This document shows, piece after piece, positions 19,310 through 28,444 of a stretch of DNA of 64,000 nucleotides. The first letter of the stretch is position 1. Every line of letters starts with the position of its first letter. The stretch lies in contig CAZSKK010000001.1 in assembly GCA_964607415.1 (NCBI GenBank), positions 68,190 through 132,189 of the forward strand, written 5' to 3'. Source of the stretch: an uncultured Candidatus Saccharibacteria bacterium (GTDB lineage: Bacteria; Patescibacteriota; Dojkabacteria; J137). The notes beneath the pieces are model-generated. The model worked only from the letters and a program-made list of their open reading frames with translations. It had not been told where the DNA came from and made no database searches. Both the position numbers and the translations under genes were made by a program.

Positions 19310-22300
19310 TTAAGCAATAATTTTTGAAATATCCTCGCTTGAAAGTTTATAAGAAGAAAATATAGAATTATCTATATCATCATTTAATTTGCGAATGTTA
19401 TTTTTTAAAGTTATGAATTCGTTTTGTTTTACACTAAACCAATTCATAAGCTCTTCCTTCTTAGTAAGAGATAAACTGACTTTATTTTTAATAAGTTCTT
19501 TATCAAGTGTATCCCAGGTTATTTCATTTTGAGTCCAGAAATCATTATTTAAGTTTAGTCGGTACTCACTTCTTAGCAAAGCATTAGATTTTTCTTTTAA
19601 CGCTTCTAATCGTTCAGTTTCTTTAATTAATTGTTTTACAAAAATATAAATCTCGGAAGTAAAGACTTTTTCTGAGATAGGCAAGCTTTCTAAGAACTTA
19701 GTTGAAAAGGTATAAAATCCACCTTGAAACAAGGAGCTTGTATTTTTTATATAGAACCATGTAACTTTTGAATTAAGTAATCCAAGTAAATTATAATATT
19801 GCTCTTCTGTCTTATCTTTTAAAACAATTGAATAGACCTTTGTATTATGCAAGAATCTTTTCTCATCAATAGTTGCAGATGGTCGACTTGCAATATAAGG
19901 AGTGATAATCTTTAATTGTTCAAATATACTTAATTCTCTAGGTCTATGAAGCGAATACCATTGTTCGATATTAGTTTTATATCTTTTCTTTTTTACGATC
20001 AATTCATCTTTAAAATTTAAAAAGTAGTTATAGATTAAGGGATATGTACTTTGCATCTCATTTTCTGAAATAAATACTGTTTTCCCATTAATCTCTTTAT
20101 GAGGATAGATAACATAATATTTTGACCTACTTTCTATGTATCTTGAAACATCTTTTCCCTTTAGAATTGGTCTTAATAATGAAGCTTCCAATTTAACATC
20201 CGATTTCAATGCTTCTGAATATCCTTCAAAATAATTACCAGTTATTTTTCCTTCAAGCATAAAAATATCATCTCCCACAGTAACAATTCCTTGATAGATT
20301 CCTTCTACAAGATCCTTTAATTTTTGATTATTAGAAGAAAGCTTATTTAAAATTTCAACATTTACGCCACTACTTACCTCCCACTTTTTATCTGTAAGTT
20401 CTCTTAATGTTTGCAGTTCAAAAATATAATCAGTCTTAGATTGTAATAATAGTGGATCAATATGAATATACTCAAATGATTCTTGTTGAGTTTTACTTAA
20501 AAACAAAAGACAGGTGTAGGTTGTAGCATCTTCAAACACAGAATATCCATCAAAATGAAATAATCTGTTCATTAATTTATTTTTTTGCAGAAACTTTCTA
20601 ACGCCTACGCCATATTCTGAATTCAGAAATTTATGAGGAAGAATAAATCCTACTTTACCTTTATTTTTTATTAAATTACTTGCTAATTCAATAAAAAGTA
20701 CATATATATCGAACTTACCAATTGCTGATTGAAAATTTTTAATATAGTATTCAGTTTCATTTGTATAATTTGTTCGTAATCCTTGTATCTTAACGTAAGG
20801 AGGATTACCAATAACAACATCGAATCCTCCACTATCAAATATCTCTTTAAATTCTTCTTTCCATTTAAATGCTTTCTCACCTGCAACTTGAACATCATCA
20901 ATTAAACTATTCCCACACTTAATATTTTCATCAAGTGTAGTTAGCTCCTTCGATTTATTTGCAGTTTTTAACCAAAGACTTAATTTGGTAATTTGCACAG
21001 ATTCTTCATTAAGATCAACTCCAAATATATTATTGTTAAGAATATGTTTATCTAAATCAAAAATTTCAGCTTGTCCCAATTTAAGTGAAGCAATAGCTTC
21101 ATTCACTACCTGTCCTTCTTTATAGAGATAATCAAATACTTGATTTAAGAATGCACCACTTCCGCAAGCTGGATCTAAAACTTTAATATTTCTAAGTTTT
21201 TCTTTATATGCTTCCCAGAACTTCCTATGCTTCTCAACAGAGTTATTACCTTTATATGTACCTTTCCTAGTTTTAATTGATTTGAAATCTTCATCGGTAA
21301 GTTCACTCAAAGAATCAAAACCTAATTCTTTCTTTCTATCCATTAACCAACCTCCAACTGCTTGATCTACAATGTACCTGGTTATGTATTCTGGCGTGTA
21401 GAATATTCCATCTTTTTTACGTTTACCATTTTTCTTTTCAGTTTGCTCCTCTGTTATTTCAGAACGCATTTCTTCAAGATCTGAAATTGATTGTTCAAAA
21501 ATATGCCCTAGAATATTTACATTTAAGTCAGAATCAAAATCATATTCAGATAATTTAAGAAGTTCTAAAATGATTTCATCTTTAATTACGAGGTTATCTA
21601 ATACTTGATCTTCTTTAAATAAACCTCCATTAAATTTATTAATATTAAGTGGAGGATTTCCTTTATCAATAGAGTGAAATAATCCTTTCGCTTGATCCCA
21701 TACCTTAGTTTCTGATGGAGCAAAGCTTAACTTTGCAGCTTCAAGTAGTTTTCTAAAAATTCCAGCAGGAATTAAGTCTAAATCTTCACAGAAACAAATA
21801 AATATTACTCTATCTAATATCTTTTGAGCTTTTTCAAGAAGAATATCAGCATCAATATTCGGATTATTTGAACTTAAATGATTGAACAAATGATTTCTTG
21901 TTTCCTTATATGTTTTATAGAAGGCTTTTGAGATATCTTGTTCTTTTACAAAACTATCCTTTAGAAGATCATCTATAACTGAATCCCTATCTTTATTAAT
22001 CAGATTTTCTTTAGAGAAAAGAAATAAGAATTTCTTTAAAACATCCTCATTCCCTATTTCAAGTAAATCTATAGATTCGTAGAATCCTTGACCTCTTTCT
22101 TTGCTATATAGTCTAATTTCCTTGAAATTTGAAACTATAGCCCATTTACAACCATCAAATTTGGAAAGGTAGTCAAATGCCTGTTCAACAGGAGATTGTT
22201 CGTTTTTTCTTCCTTTTTGCTTGGCATCAAGATTAGTTTTGGCATCTTTAAGTTCAATAACTACTCTTGTTTGATTGTAAGAAGTGGAGAAAAATCCCAA

Positions 22301-22579
22301 TCCTCCATCTGCCTCTCTTGAATCAACATCAGTTTTAGGCTCAGCAAACATATTCCATTCGCTTCCACCCTCTGACTGTGTTTTATATCCCAAAACTCCT
22401 TCAAATATTTTAATTAAGAATTGTCCTTGTACCCCAGTTTCTTTAGTTTTATCCAAATCGCTTTCCTTTAAAGCAGTTTGCCATTTCGTAAGCGTAGATT
22501 TAAGCAGATCTATATTAGAAATCTCTGAAAGATTTAGTTTATTAGTCTTTTGTTTTAGAAGTCTCTTATTAAATAACAT
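19310..22579 (-). CDS. Type IIG (fused endonuclease/N6-adenine methyltransferase) restriction-modification enzyme
   Basis: N-terminal PD-(D/E)xK-like EADGG ... VVIELKDAK; gamma-class MTase order with motif I LDPACGSGAFL before motif IV VVIGNPPYV; long C-terminal putative target-recognition region; 1089 aa. Confidence 0.8.
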   Translation of the reverse strand: MLFNKRLLKQKTNKLNLSEISNIDLLKSTLTKWQTALKESDLDKTKETGVQGQFLIKIFEGVLGYKTQSEGGSEWNMFAEPKTDVDSREADGGLGFFSTSYNQTRVVIELKDAKTNLDAKQKGRKNEQSPVEQAFDYLSKFDGCKWAIVSNFKEIRLYSKERGQGFYESIDLLEIGNEDVLKKFLFLFSKENLINKDRDSVIDDLLKDSFVKEQDISKAFYKTYKETRNHLFNHLSSNNPNIDADILLEKAQKILDRVIFICFCEDLDLIPAGIFRKLLEAAKLSFAPSETKVWDQAKGLFHSIDKGNPPLNINKFNGGLFKEDQVLDNLVIKDEIILELLKLSEYDFDSDLNVNILGHIFEQSISDLEEMRSEITEEQTEKKNGKRKKDGIFYTPEYITRYIVDQAVGGWLMDRKKELGFDSLSELTDEDFKSIKTRKGTYKGNNSVEKHRKFWEAYKEKLRNIKVLDPACGSGAFLNQVFDYLYKEGQVVNEAIASLKLGQAEIFDLDKHILNNNIFGVDLNEESVQITKLSLWLKTANKSKELTTLDENIKCGNSLIDDVQVAGEKAFKWKEEFKEIFDSGGFDVVIGNPPYVKIQGLRTNYTNETEYYIKNFQSAIGKFDIYVLFIELASNLIKNKGKVGFILPHKFLNSEYGVGVRKFLQKNKLMNRLFHFDGYSVFEDATTYTCLLFLSKTQQESFEYIHIDPLLLQSKTDYIFELQTLRELTDKKWEVSSGVNVEILNKLSSNNQKLKDLVEGIYQGIVTVGDDIFMLEGKITGNYFEGYSEALKSDVKLEASLLRPILKGKDVSRYIESRSKYYVIYPHKEINGKTVFISENEMQSTYPLIYNYFLNFKDELIVKKKRYKTNIEQWYSLHRPRELSIFEQLKIITPYIASRPSATIDEKRFLHNTKVYSIVLKDKTEEQYYNLLGLLNSKVTWFYIKNTSSLFQGGFYTFSTKFLESLPISEKVFTSEIYIFVKQLIKETERLEALKEKSNALLRSEYRLNLNNDFWTQNEITWDTLDKELIKNKVSLSLTKKEELMNWFSVKQNEFITLKNNIRKLNDDIDNSIFSSYKLSSEDISKIIA

Positions 22580-22739
22580 TTTATTAATTTTCCGTGGATA
22601 AAACTGAATTGATTATACGATAAATTATTTTACTCTTCTAAGGCAAATTTAAGAAAAAAGCAAAATTTGTATTGCATCACATTGTTTTGATGATCAAAAG
22701 GAGCTAAAAAGAAGTATTAATTATTATATTTTAATATTT

Positions 22740-23126
22740 ATGAATAAATTAGATGGGTGGAAAGATAAATTTGTAGATGAGGAAAACGACTTAATTGTCA
22801 TACTTGCTACTAATGGAGACGATCTAACAGCTTATTCAAGCCAACCAACCTTGTTATATAGCTATAAGAATAAGCTTAAACAATACGAAACCAATATCAA
22901 GGAAAAAGCAAAAGAGAAATGGAATGAGAATAAAGAGACATCAAGACGTTGGGATGAATTTGATGAGGTAATATTTGCTATGTGTGGAAAAGCCATTGAT
23001 TTTCTTACAGCAAGTGAACTTTTTCCATATTTAAGGGAAAAAAGATTTTGGATAGATGAATCATGGAAAACATATAATGGAGAGGACTATGCAGAAATTT
23101 TCAAAAAATACAAAGGAAGTATATAA
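22740..23126 (+). CDS. Hypothetical protein
   Basis: 128 aa ORF divergent from the RM gene. Confidence 0.3.
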   Translation: MNKLDGWKDKFVDEENDLIVILATNGDDLTAYSSQPTLLYSYKNKLKQYETNIKEKAKEKWNENKETSRRWDEFDEVIFAMCGKAIDFLTASELFPYLREKRFWIDESWKTYNGEDYAEIFKKYKGSI

Positions 23127-23163
23127 AAATTGTATAATTAGTTATTAATTTAGTTCTAATCAT

Positions 23164-23427
23164 ATGAGGACTTTAGGCACATCACCATACGAACAAGCAG
23201 AAGATGCTATGGGAATGAGTGCGTCTTGGTTTAATAGTTTTATAACTTTCTGTTTTAAAACTGCCTTCTGGATTCTCAAAATATTGATAATTCTTATGAT
23301 AGCAATTATTAAACTTCCTCATAAGTTCTATGTTTGGTATAAGAATAGAGAATTTAGAAGAAAACATCCTGAAATGTTTCAAGGATTTGAACCTGTAATT
23401 CCTGAAGTTCCACCATTAGAAGATTGA
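23164..23427 (+). CDS. Small hypothetical membrane protein
   Basis: One hydrophobic segment (FWILKILIILMIAIIKL); 87 aa. Confidence 0.25.
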   Translation: MRTLGTSPYEQAEDAMGMSASWFNSFITFCFKTAFWILKILIILMIAIIKLPHKFYVWYKNREFRRKHPEMFQGFEPVIPEVPPLED

Positions 23428-23975
23428 CCTTCAACCTTCTCCCAAACTGTAAATACTCGCTCAGGAGAATCCCAATATTCACATGTATAAAGTAAGATTT
23501 CTGAATCTTTTAGTGGCTTATTGTTATTTCCCATATAAATTTCCTTCACTTTATAAATATACTTTTGTCCCTCCCAATAAATTTCAGCTTCATCTCCAAT
23601 TTTTAGCTTATCTACATTAAACATTGTCTGATGGACATTGTAATCTTCTTGTAAGTAATCAACGCCAAATCTATGAGCTGCAATAACTAATGGGAAATCA
23701 TTTGTATTCAGATTTTGTACCCAACCACCAAAACGGAGATACCCTTCGTTTGTACTTAATTCAAGCTCAACTTCTATAGATGGAATAAGGATTCTATCTA
23801 TTTTAGAAACTTCTGTTTCTTTTACTTCTGTTGGAGCTTGAATAGTCTCATCTTCAAAATCTGGAATTGATGGTGGATTAAGCTTGTTATACAAGCCAAT
23901 TAGCAGCAATACTCCATGAAACATAATGATTATTGCAAAAGCGACTTTAATTTGTTTATCAGTGAATTCGTCCAT
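23379..23975 (-). CDS. Sortase-family transpeptidase (SrtA-like)
   Basis: N-terminal TM anchor; His motif LVIAAHRF (cf. IAGH); catalytic Cys in LLYTCEYW ... VFTVWEKV (cf. SrtA TLITCDDY ... VWEKRK). Confidence 0.6.
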   Translation of the reverse strand: MDEFTDKQIKVAFAIIIMFHGVLLLIGLYNKLNPPSIPDFEDETIQAPTEVKETEVSKIDRILIPSIEVELELSTNEGYLRFGGWVQNLNTNDFPLVIAAHRFGVDYLQEDYNVHQTMFNVDKLKIGDEAEIYWEGQKYIYKVKEIYMGNNNKPLKDSEILLYTCEYWDSPERVFTVWEKVEGQSSNGGTSGITGSNP

Positions 23976-24835
23976 AAGTTAGGATATGTAAAAATAAAAT
24001 GATGATTAATAAATTGCATAATTAAATCAGATCCAATGCTATACAAATTCTCATGCTGTCCTACAGCTCCATAAATGATGTTGCTTGTTCTGGTGAATTT
24101 ATCCCTACTGTAGATCAGATCATTCTCCTGAATATCTGGCTTTTCAATCATTCTCTCCATTGCACTTGAATTTCTTTCAGTAAGGAATAAAACAATTGGA
24201 AAACTTGAATAAACTTCCTGCCATTTCCCATAACTCATATATTCAAAGTACCTCATAAACTTTTCTGTAAGCTTTTTCTTGCCTTCTGTTCCAGTATCGT
24301 ACTCAATGAAAATTTCAAATACTTTGCCACTAATATCTAGTTTGCAATAAGAGTCGGGCTTTAATTCACGTCTTACCTTCTTACCAGTAGGGTAAGAGTA
24401 ATATTCATAAATATGCCTATTATTTTGCTCTCCCTTCCATTCAAGAATTTTAATATCTGGCAAATCTTTCAAACTTCTTACAAATTCAGCATAAAGATTT
24501 GCATTACTTAAAGTGTGTTCTAAGGCAAATAATTGAACTCGACCTTTCTTTTCTGGTATTGAAAGATGCTTAATACTAATATTAAATTCTCGGCTTAAAA
24601 CCTTTCCACCCAAATATTTGAGATAAAAAGCTTTAGAATTGTTCCCATATTGATAAAAGCCTATTAAATTTTCTTTTACACACTGTCTTAAAACTCTACT
24701 TACAGCTTCTCTTGATGTGTAAATTCCTTTTTCAATACACAACAAATTCAACACAGCTAAAGGTGTAAATTTAAAACTTTCAATTATCTTCAAAACTTCT
24801 ATTTTATTTTTTGTTATTTTGTATTTTTCCTTCAT
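23930..24835 (-). CDS. Replication-relaxation family protein (plasmid/ICE-type), tentative
   Basis: N-terminal wHTH-like region; central LKPDSYCKLDISGKVFEIFIEYDTGTEG, typical of the Replic_Relax fold; sits beside a structured putative origin locus. Confidence 0.4.
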   Translation of the reverse strand: MKEKYKITKNKIEVLKIIESFKFTPLAVLNLLCIEKGIYTSREAVSRVLRQCVKENLIGFYQYGNNSKAFYLKYLGGKVLSREFNISIKHLSIPEKKGRVQLFALEHTLSNANLYAEFVRSLKDLPDIKILEWKGEQNNRHIYEYYSYPTGKKVRRELKPDSYCKLDISGKVFEIFIEYDTGTEGKKKLTEKFMRYFEYMSYGKWQEVYSSFPIVLFLTERNSSAMERMIEKPDIQENDLIYSRDKFTRTSNIIYGAVGQHENLYSIGSDLIMQFINHHFIFTYPNLWTNSLINKLKSLLQ

Positions 24836-24859
24836 ATTTTTTTGTATTTAATCTACTTT

Positions 24860-25075
24860 TTTTGTTCTCTCTCCTCCTCATCTCTCTCCCTCCTCCCTCT
24901 CTCTTACTATCTATATATACTTTCCCTCCCCCTCCTTCCCGACCCTCTTGTCCACCACGTTAGTGGCACATGTATATATCTATATACATTGTCGAGGGAG
25001 AGATTGGGTTTGCTCCTGAAAGGAGGAAACCCAATCTGTCACCGATGGACAAGAGTGAGGAGGGAAGGACTCTTT
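24860..25075. promoter_or_regulatory. Structured non-coding locus: polypyrimidine tract plus nested inverted repeats (candidate oriT / replication origin)
   Basis: CT-only run 24866..24905; AT palindrome acatgtatata-tc-tatatacat; 17-bp imperfect inverted repeat gagattgggtttgctcc / ggaggaaacccaatctg around tgaaa; outer imperfect inverted repeat tccttcccgaccctcttgtcca ... tggacaagagtgaggagggaagga. Confidence 0.4.
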
Positions 25076-25114
25076 CGGAATAGTAGATCAAATTTTTAAA
25101 GATCATTTTTGATT

Positions 25115-27748
25115 CTATGGATGTAACTTCGATGTAACCTCTGAATTAATTGGTTTTGCTCCGTTGTTGTACCAATTCAAACGACTTTTTATCTCATTCA
25201 CAATCTCTAATTTTGACTTTCCTAAAGTTTGGTAAGCTTCGTCTATAAAATTTTCAACTGACTCATCATTGAAATTATCATCTCTTTCTTTAGGAACATT
25301 TATTGATAAAACGTCTTCTCCAACCCGAACATAAGAGTGAAATTCTGGGATCTCCATGACTTCATTTTTTAAAACTTTAGTTTGTAAATCATCAGCAATT
25401 TTCTGAGCATCATCTAAACCTGCTCGATAATAAATTCGAGTTTTTACATTACCCGTGACAGCCTCACTTACTTCATCCGGTAACTGTGCAAAAAACTGAT
25501 GAGCTAGTACAAGTTCTAATTTGAATTTTCTAGCTTCACTCAAAGCCACTGCAAAGTCCGAATTAGCAAAGTTTTGAAATTCATCTGCATAAATTACAAA
25601 AGGATGCCTTGCTTCCTGTTCAACACGTTTTGCCTCAAACCATAACTTCGACATTAGCAAAGATCCCAAAAGTTGCATTCCATCCATACCGATATTCTTT
25701 GATGAAAGATTTACTAAAAGTATTCTTGATCTTCTAATACAATCAGAAATCTCAATTGAGTTTTGAGATTGTGAAAATGTATAGAAAAGTGATCCTGTAA
25801 GAATTTGTGAAAGCTTATTATCAAAAGCCTGCCTGATATCAGGCCAAGCTTTGGAACTCTGATAATTCATCAAAGTGTTCTGCCAGAAACTTCTTAAGCT
25901 TTCATACTTAGATAAATCAATTGAAGATAAAATTGCATTCTTAACCTGTTCATTAAAGAACACCTCTTTAATTTCATTCAAAGTTGGAGCAAATTTTTTA
26001 ATTGTATCAATGTTTTGTTCAGTTCTTCCATGCTTATTTAACCATTCATTTTGAAAAACCATCAAAGTCTTCATTGAATTCTTTAACATTGGTTTAGCTG
26101 TTACTCCCATCCCTCCGTCAGGAGTTACACGCTTAATTAGCTTTGCAATAAATTCATAGTTTGAATCTACAAGTAAATCAATTTCTCGTTCACTTAGATC
26201 AACTGCAAAAAGTGGATTGTAACCTAAGAAGTAATCTTCGCTTCTGGTATCCCAAATTAGTACACTTTTGTTGTACGAAAAACTTTTATGAAGTTTATGC
26301 AATACATCCATAAAAAAGTCTTCGTGAGGATCGAGTAAAACTAAACCTCTCTTAATTCCTTTGAATATTCGATTGTCAATGTCTTGCAATACAAAGTTTT
26401 TAAGAATCGTTGATTTTCCTGTACCAGTTTGTCCAGTAACTACCATATGTCTTTTACGATTTTCAGTTATTAAGTAAACAGGTCTTTCTTTATCGTTTAC
26501 TGTATTAATTCCAAGTAAAAGATCATCTTTATTCACTTTTGTTCTGAACTTGTCTTTAGCTGGTACATTTACAAAAACGAATGATTCAATTGCAGGATTT
26601 AGTATTTCTGTTGGAAAGTGGTACATCATTGAAACTTCACGAGAACTTAATGTTGTTTGTGAAGTGAATAACTCTTTATAGAAAGGAAAAAGATCATCTT
26701 CTGGGTAAATGAATCTTTGTTTTAGATCATTTAGCTTATTATAGTTTTTCCTAATCAAGCTATTCAAAGATACACTTTTCATAGTTTCCAACGCTTGATC
26801 GAATTTAGTAATTAATTCCTGATTATCTTTCCCACTTACTGCTACTCGAATATAGGAATAAAAAGGAGTTTTAAATTTTTCGTTCAACTGCTTATTGAAA
26901 TCATCAACTTCCTCAGCTTGAGCTAATACTTTCCTTGGATCTGAGTCTGGAAGGCTTAGAATTGGGTCTAGCGATTGTTTTGAGCCAAATAATTTCATTA
27001 TCTCTCCCATTCCAACAAACAAAGCAATTGGAAGCATAGGTATTAAATACAAAAGATATGTTTCAAATCTTCTAAAGAACATTTGAGTCCATGTAATATC
27101 TGCTTTCTTAACTCTAAAATGTTCTTTAGCTTTTGCAATTGCATGTTTATCTCTTTTGGCAGGAGATAAAACAATTTGAAAGTACATCTTCTCATCTTCG
27201 GCTAACCCACTCATTGCATTAATAATTCCGTCAATTGGATCAACTGCGTCAAAGTCCTTTAAGTCCATTAAAAGATAAACTGGATGCTTTGAAGTCTTGT
27301 ATTCCGAAACTTTAGAATTATATTTAGAAAATGCAATAAGTGGATCATAAGCCAATTCTTCAAATTTGATTCTTTGTTTGTATGTTGTAAACAAACTTTG
27401 CTTAATCAAATTCTGCATCTTTTTTGTTGGAGTCCAAACAATAAACTTTATTCCCTTTTCATCAGAATAAATCTCAAAAGAAACTCTTTGTCTTTTAATT
27501 GCTGCTGTCAAATCATCAAAGAACCTTTGTAAAGCAAATCTCTCACCTCGAAAATTATCTGCATCTAGTGTTTGATATTTTGGTGGAATTATTTGTAACA
27601 AAAATCCGTTCTCCCTTGAAGCTTTATCACGAGCTAAAAATAAACGAATAAAGTATTGAAGGATATATCCAACTGTTATACATACTGATACTATCAGAAT
27701 TAATCTGATAGACGGATTTGTTTGTACAGCAACTAAAAGTTTATCCAT
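25115..27748 (-). CDS. Conjugative type IV secretion ATPase, coupling-protein-like (VirD4/TraG-like; a VirB4-like assignment is not excluded)
   Basis: N-terminal TM segments; Walker A VVTGQTGTGKST; Walker B FVIYADEFQNF followed by EARKFKLELVLAHQFFAQL (the RK ... Q motif of TraG/VirB4 ATPases); 877 aa. Confidence 0.5.
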   Translation of the reverse strand: MDKLLVAVQTNPSIRLILIVSVCITVGYILQYFIRLFLARDKASRENGFLLQIIPPKYQTLDADNFRGERFALQRFFDDLTAAIKRQRVSFEIYSDEKGIKFIVWTPTKKMQNLIKQSLFTTYKQRIKFEELAYDPLIAFSKYNSKVSEYKTSKHPVYLLMDLKDFDAVDPIDGIINAMSGLAEDEKMYFQIVLSPAKRDKHAIAKAKEHFRVKKADITWTQMFFRRFETYLLYLIPMLPIALFVGMGEIMKLFGSKQSLDPILSLPDSDPRKVLAQAEEVDDFNKQLNEKFKTPFYSYIRVAVSGKDNQELITKFDQALETMKSVSLNSLIRKNYNKLNDLKQRFIYPEDDLFPFYKELFTSQTTLSSREVSMMYHFPTEILNPAIESFVFVNVPAKDKFRTKVNKDDLLLGINTVNDKERPVYLITENRKRHMVVTGQTGTGKSTILKNFVLQDIDNRIFKGIKRGLVLLDPHEDFFMDVLHKLHKSFSYNKSVLIWDTRSEDYFLGYNPLFAVDLSEREIDLLVDSNYEFIAKLIKRVTPDGGMGVTAKPMLKNSMKTLMVFQNEWLNKHGRTEQNIDTIKKFAPTLNEIKEVFFNEQVKNAILSSIDLSKYESLRSFWQNTLMNYQSSKAWPDIRQAFDNKLSQILTGSLFYTFSQSQNSIEISDCIRRSRILLVNLSSKNIGMDGMQLLGSLLMSKLWFEAKRVEQEARHPFVIYADEFQNFANSDFAVALSEARKFKLELVLAHQFFAQLPDEVSEAVTGNVKTRIYYRAGLDDAQKIADDLQTKVLKNEVMEIPEFHSYVRVGEDVLSINVPKERDDNFNDESVENFIDEAYQTLGKSKLEIVNEIKSRLNWYNNGAKPINSEVTSKLHP

Positions 27749-27754
27749 AGAGAT

Positions 27755-28420
27755 TTAAGATTTAAAATTAATATCGTTTGGTTGTGTAAATTCTTCTTTT
27801 TCAATACTTTCAAAAGATTCAACAAAAATAGTATTATCAAAAGCATTCTTTCCTGTTTTAGTCTTGTAAGGTCTAATTTGAAGTTTTCCTAGAACTTTTA
27901 CAAAATCACCTTTCTTAACTTTTGAGTTTTTATCAGCTACATCGCCAATAAAAAGCAAATTGTAGAAAGTTGTATATTCTTGTTCTTTATCGTTCTTGTC
28001 TTTAAATTTATTATCGGAGGCAATAGCAATCTTAAAGTAAGAATTACCTTTTTGAGATTCTTTGACCTCAGGATTAGCAGTTAAATTTCCAACAACAGAA
28101 ATTGAAACTGCATCCTTAGTCTCTTCGTCAGCAATTGGTTTTATATCTTGAACAAAAACAATATGCTTTGCATCTTGTTGGCGGTAAATTCCTGTAGTTT
28201 CGATCAAAGATTTCTCCACCATTCCTTTGATACCATCGAAATTTTGTTCTTCTAAAAAAAGATGAAATGGAATATGTGTTTCTGATTCCACACCTTCTTG
28301 GTTTGTGAAGTGGTAAGTAAAATCAATATCCATTTCTGCATATTGTTTACCTTCAACTGACTCTACGAACACAGGAGCTTGTAACAATCTACCTTTGATT
28401 GTAATTATCTGATTGGACAT
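27755..28420 (-). CDS. SSB-like protein with two OB-fold repeats
   Basis: ITIKGRLLQAPVF ... and a second repeat SISVVGNLTANPEVKESQKGNSYFKIAIASD ... TTFYNLLFIGDVA ... FVKVLGKL. Confidence 0.55.
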   Translation of the reverse strand: MSNQIITIKGRLLQAPVFVESVEGKQYAEMDIDFTYHFTNQEGVESETHIPFHLFLEEQNFDGIKGMVEKSLIETTGIYRQQDAKHIVFVQDIKPIADEETKDAVSISVVGNLTANPEVKESQKGNSYFKIAIASDNKFKDKNDKEQEYTTFYNLLFIGDVADKNSKVKKGDFVKVLGKLQIRPYKTKTGKNAFDNTIFVESFESIEKEEFTQPNDINFKS

Positions 28421-28444
28421 AAATAAAAAAATATAAAAAATAAA

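Noticed and set aside
19310-22579. BREX PglX methyltransferase interpretation of the 1089-aa NPPY protein
   Set aside because: It has an N-terminal PD-(D/E)xK-like motif, and no other BREX components (BrxA/B/C, PglZ, BrxL) are nearby. A Type IIG RM enzyme is the better fit.
25019-25037. Shared motif aaaggaggaaaYccaat between the oriT-like locus (25019) and the DUF2461 leader (51053), as evidence of one repeat family
   Set aside because: The shared core is essentially a consensus Shine-Dalgarno sequence (AAAGGAGG). The similarity is probably functional convergence rather than common origin; not used as evidence.
24842-25099. 85-aa plus-strand ORF (MYLIYFFCSLSSSSLSLLPLSYY...)
   Set aside because: It is the translation of a CT-only low-complexity tract and inverted repeats, with no RBS or start context. 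Treated as non-coding structured DNA (see the oriT-like finding).
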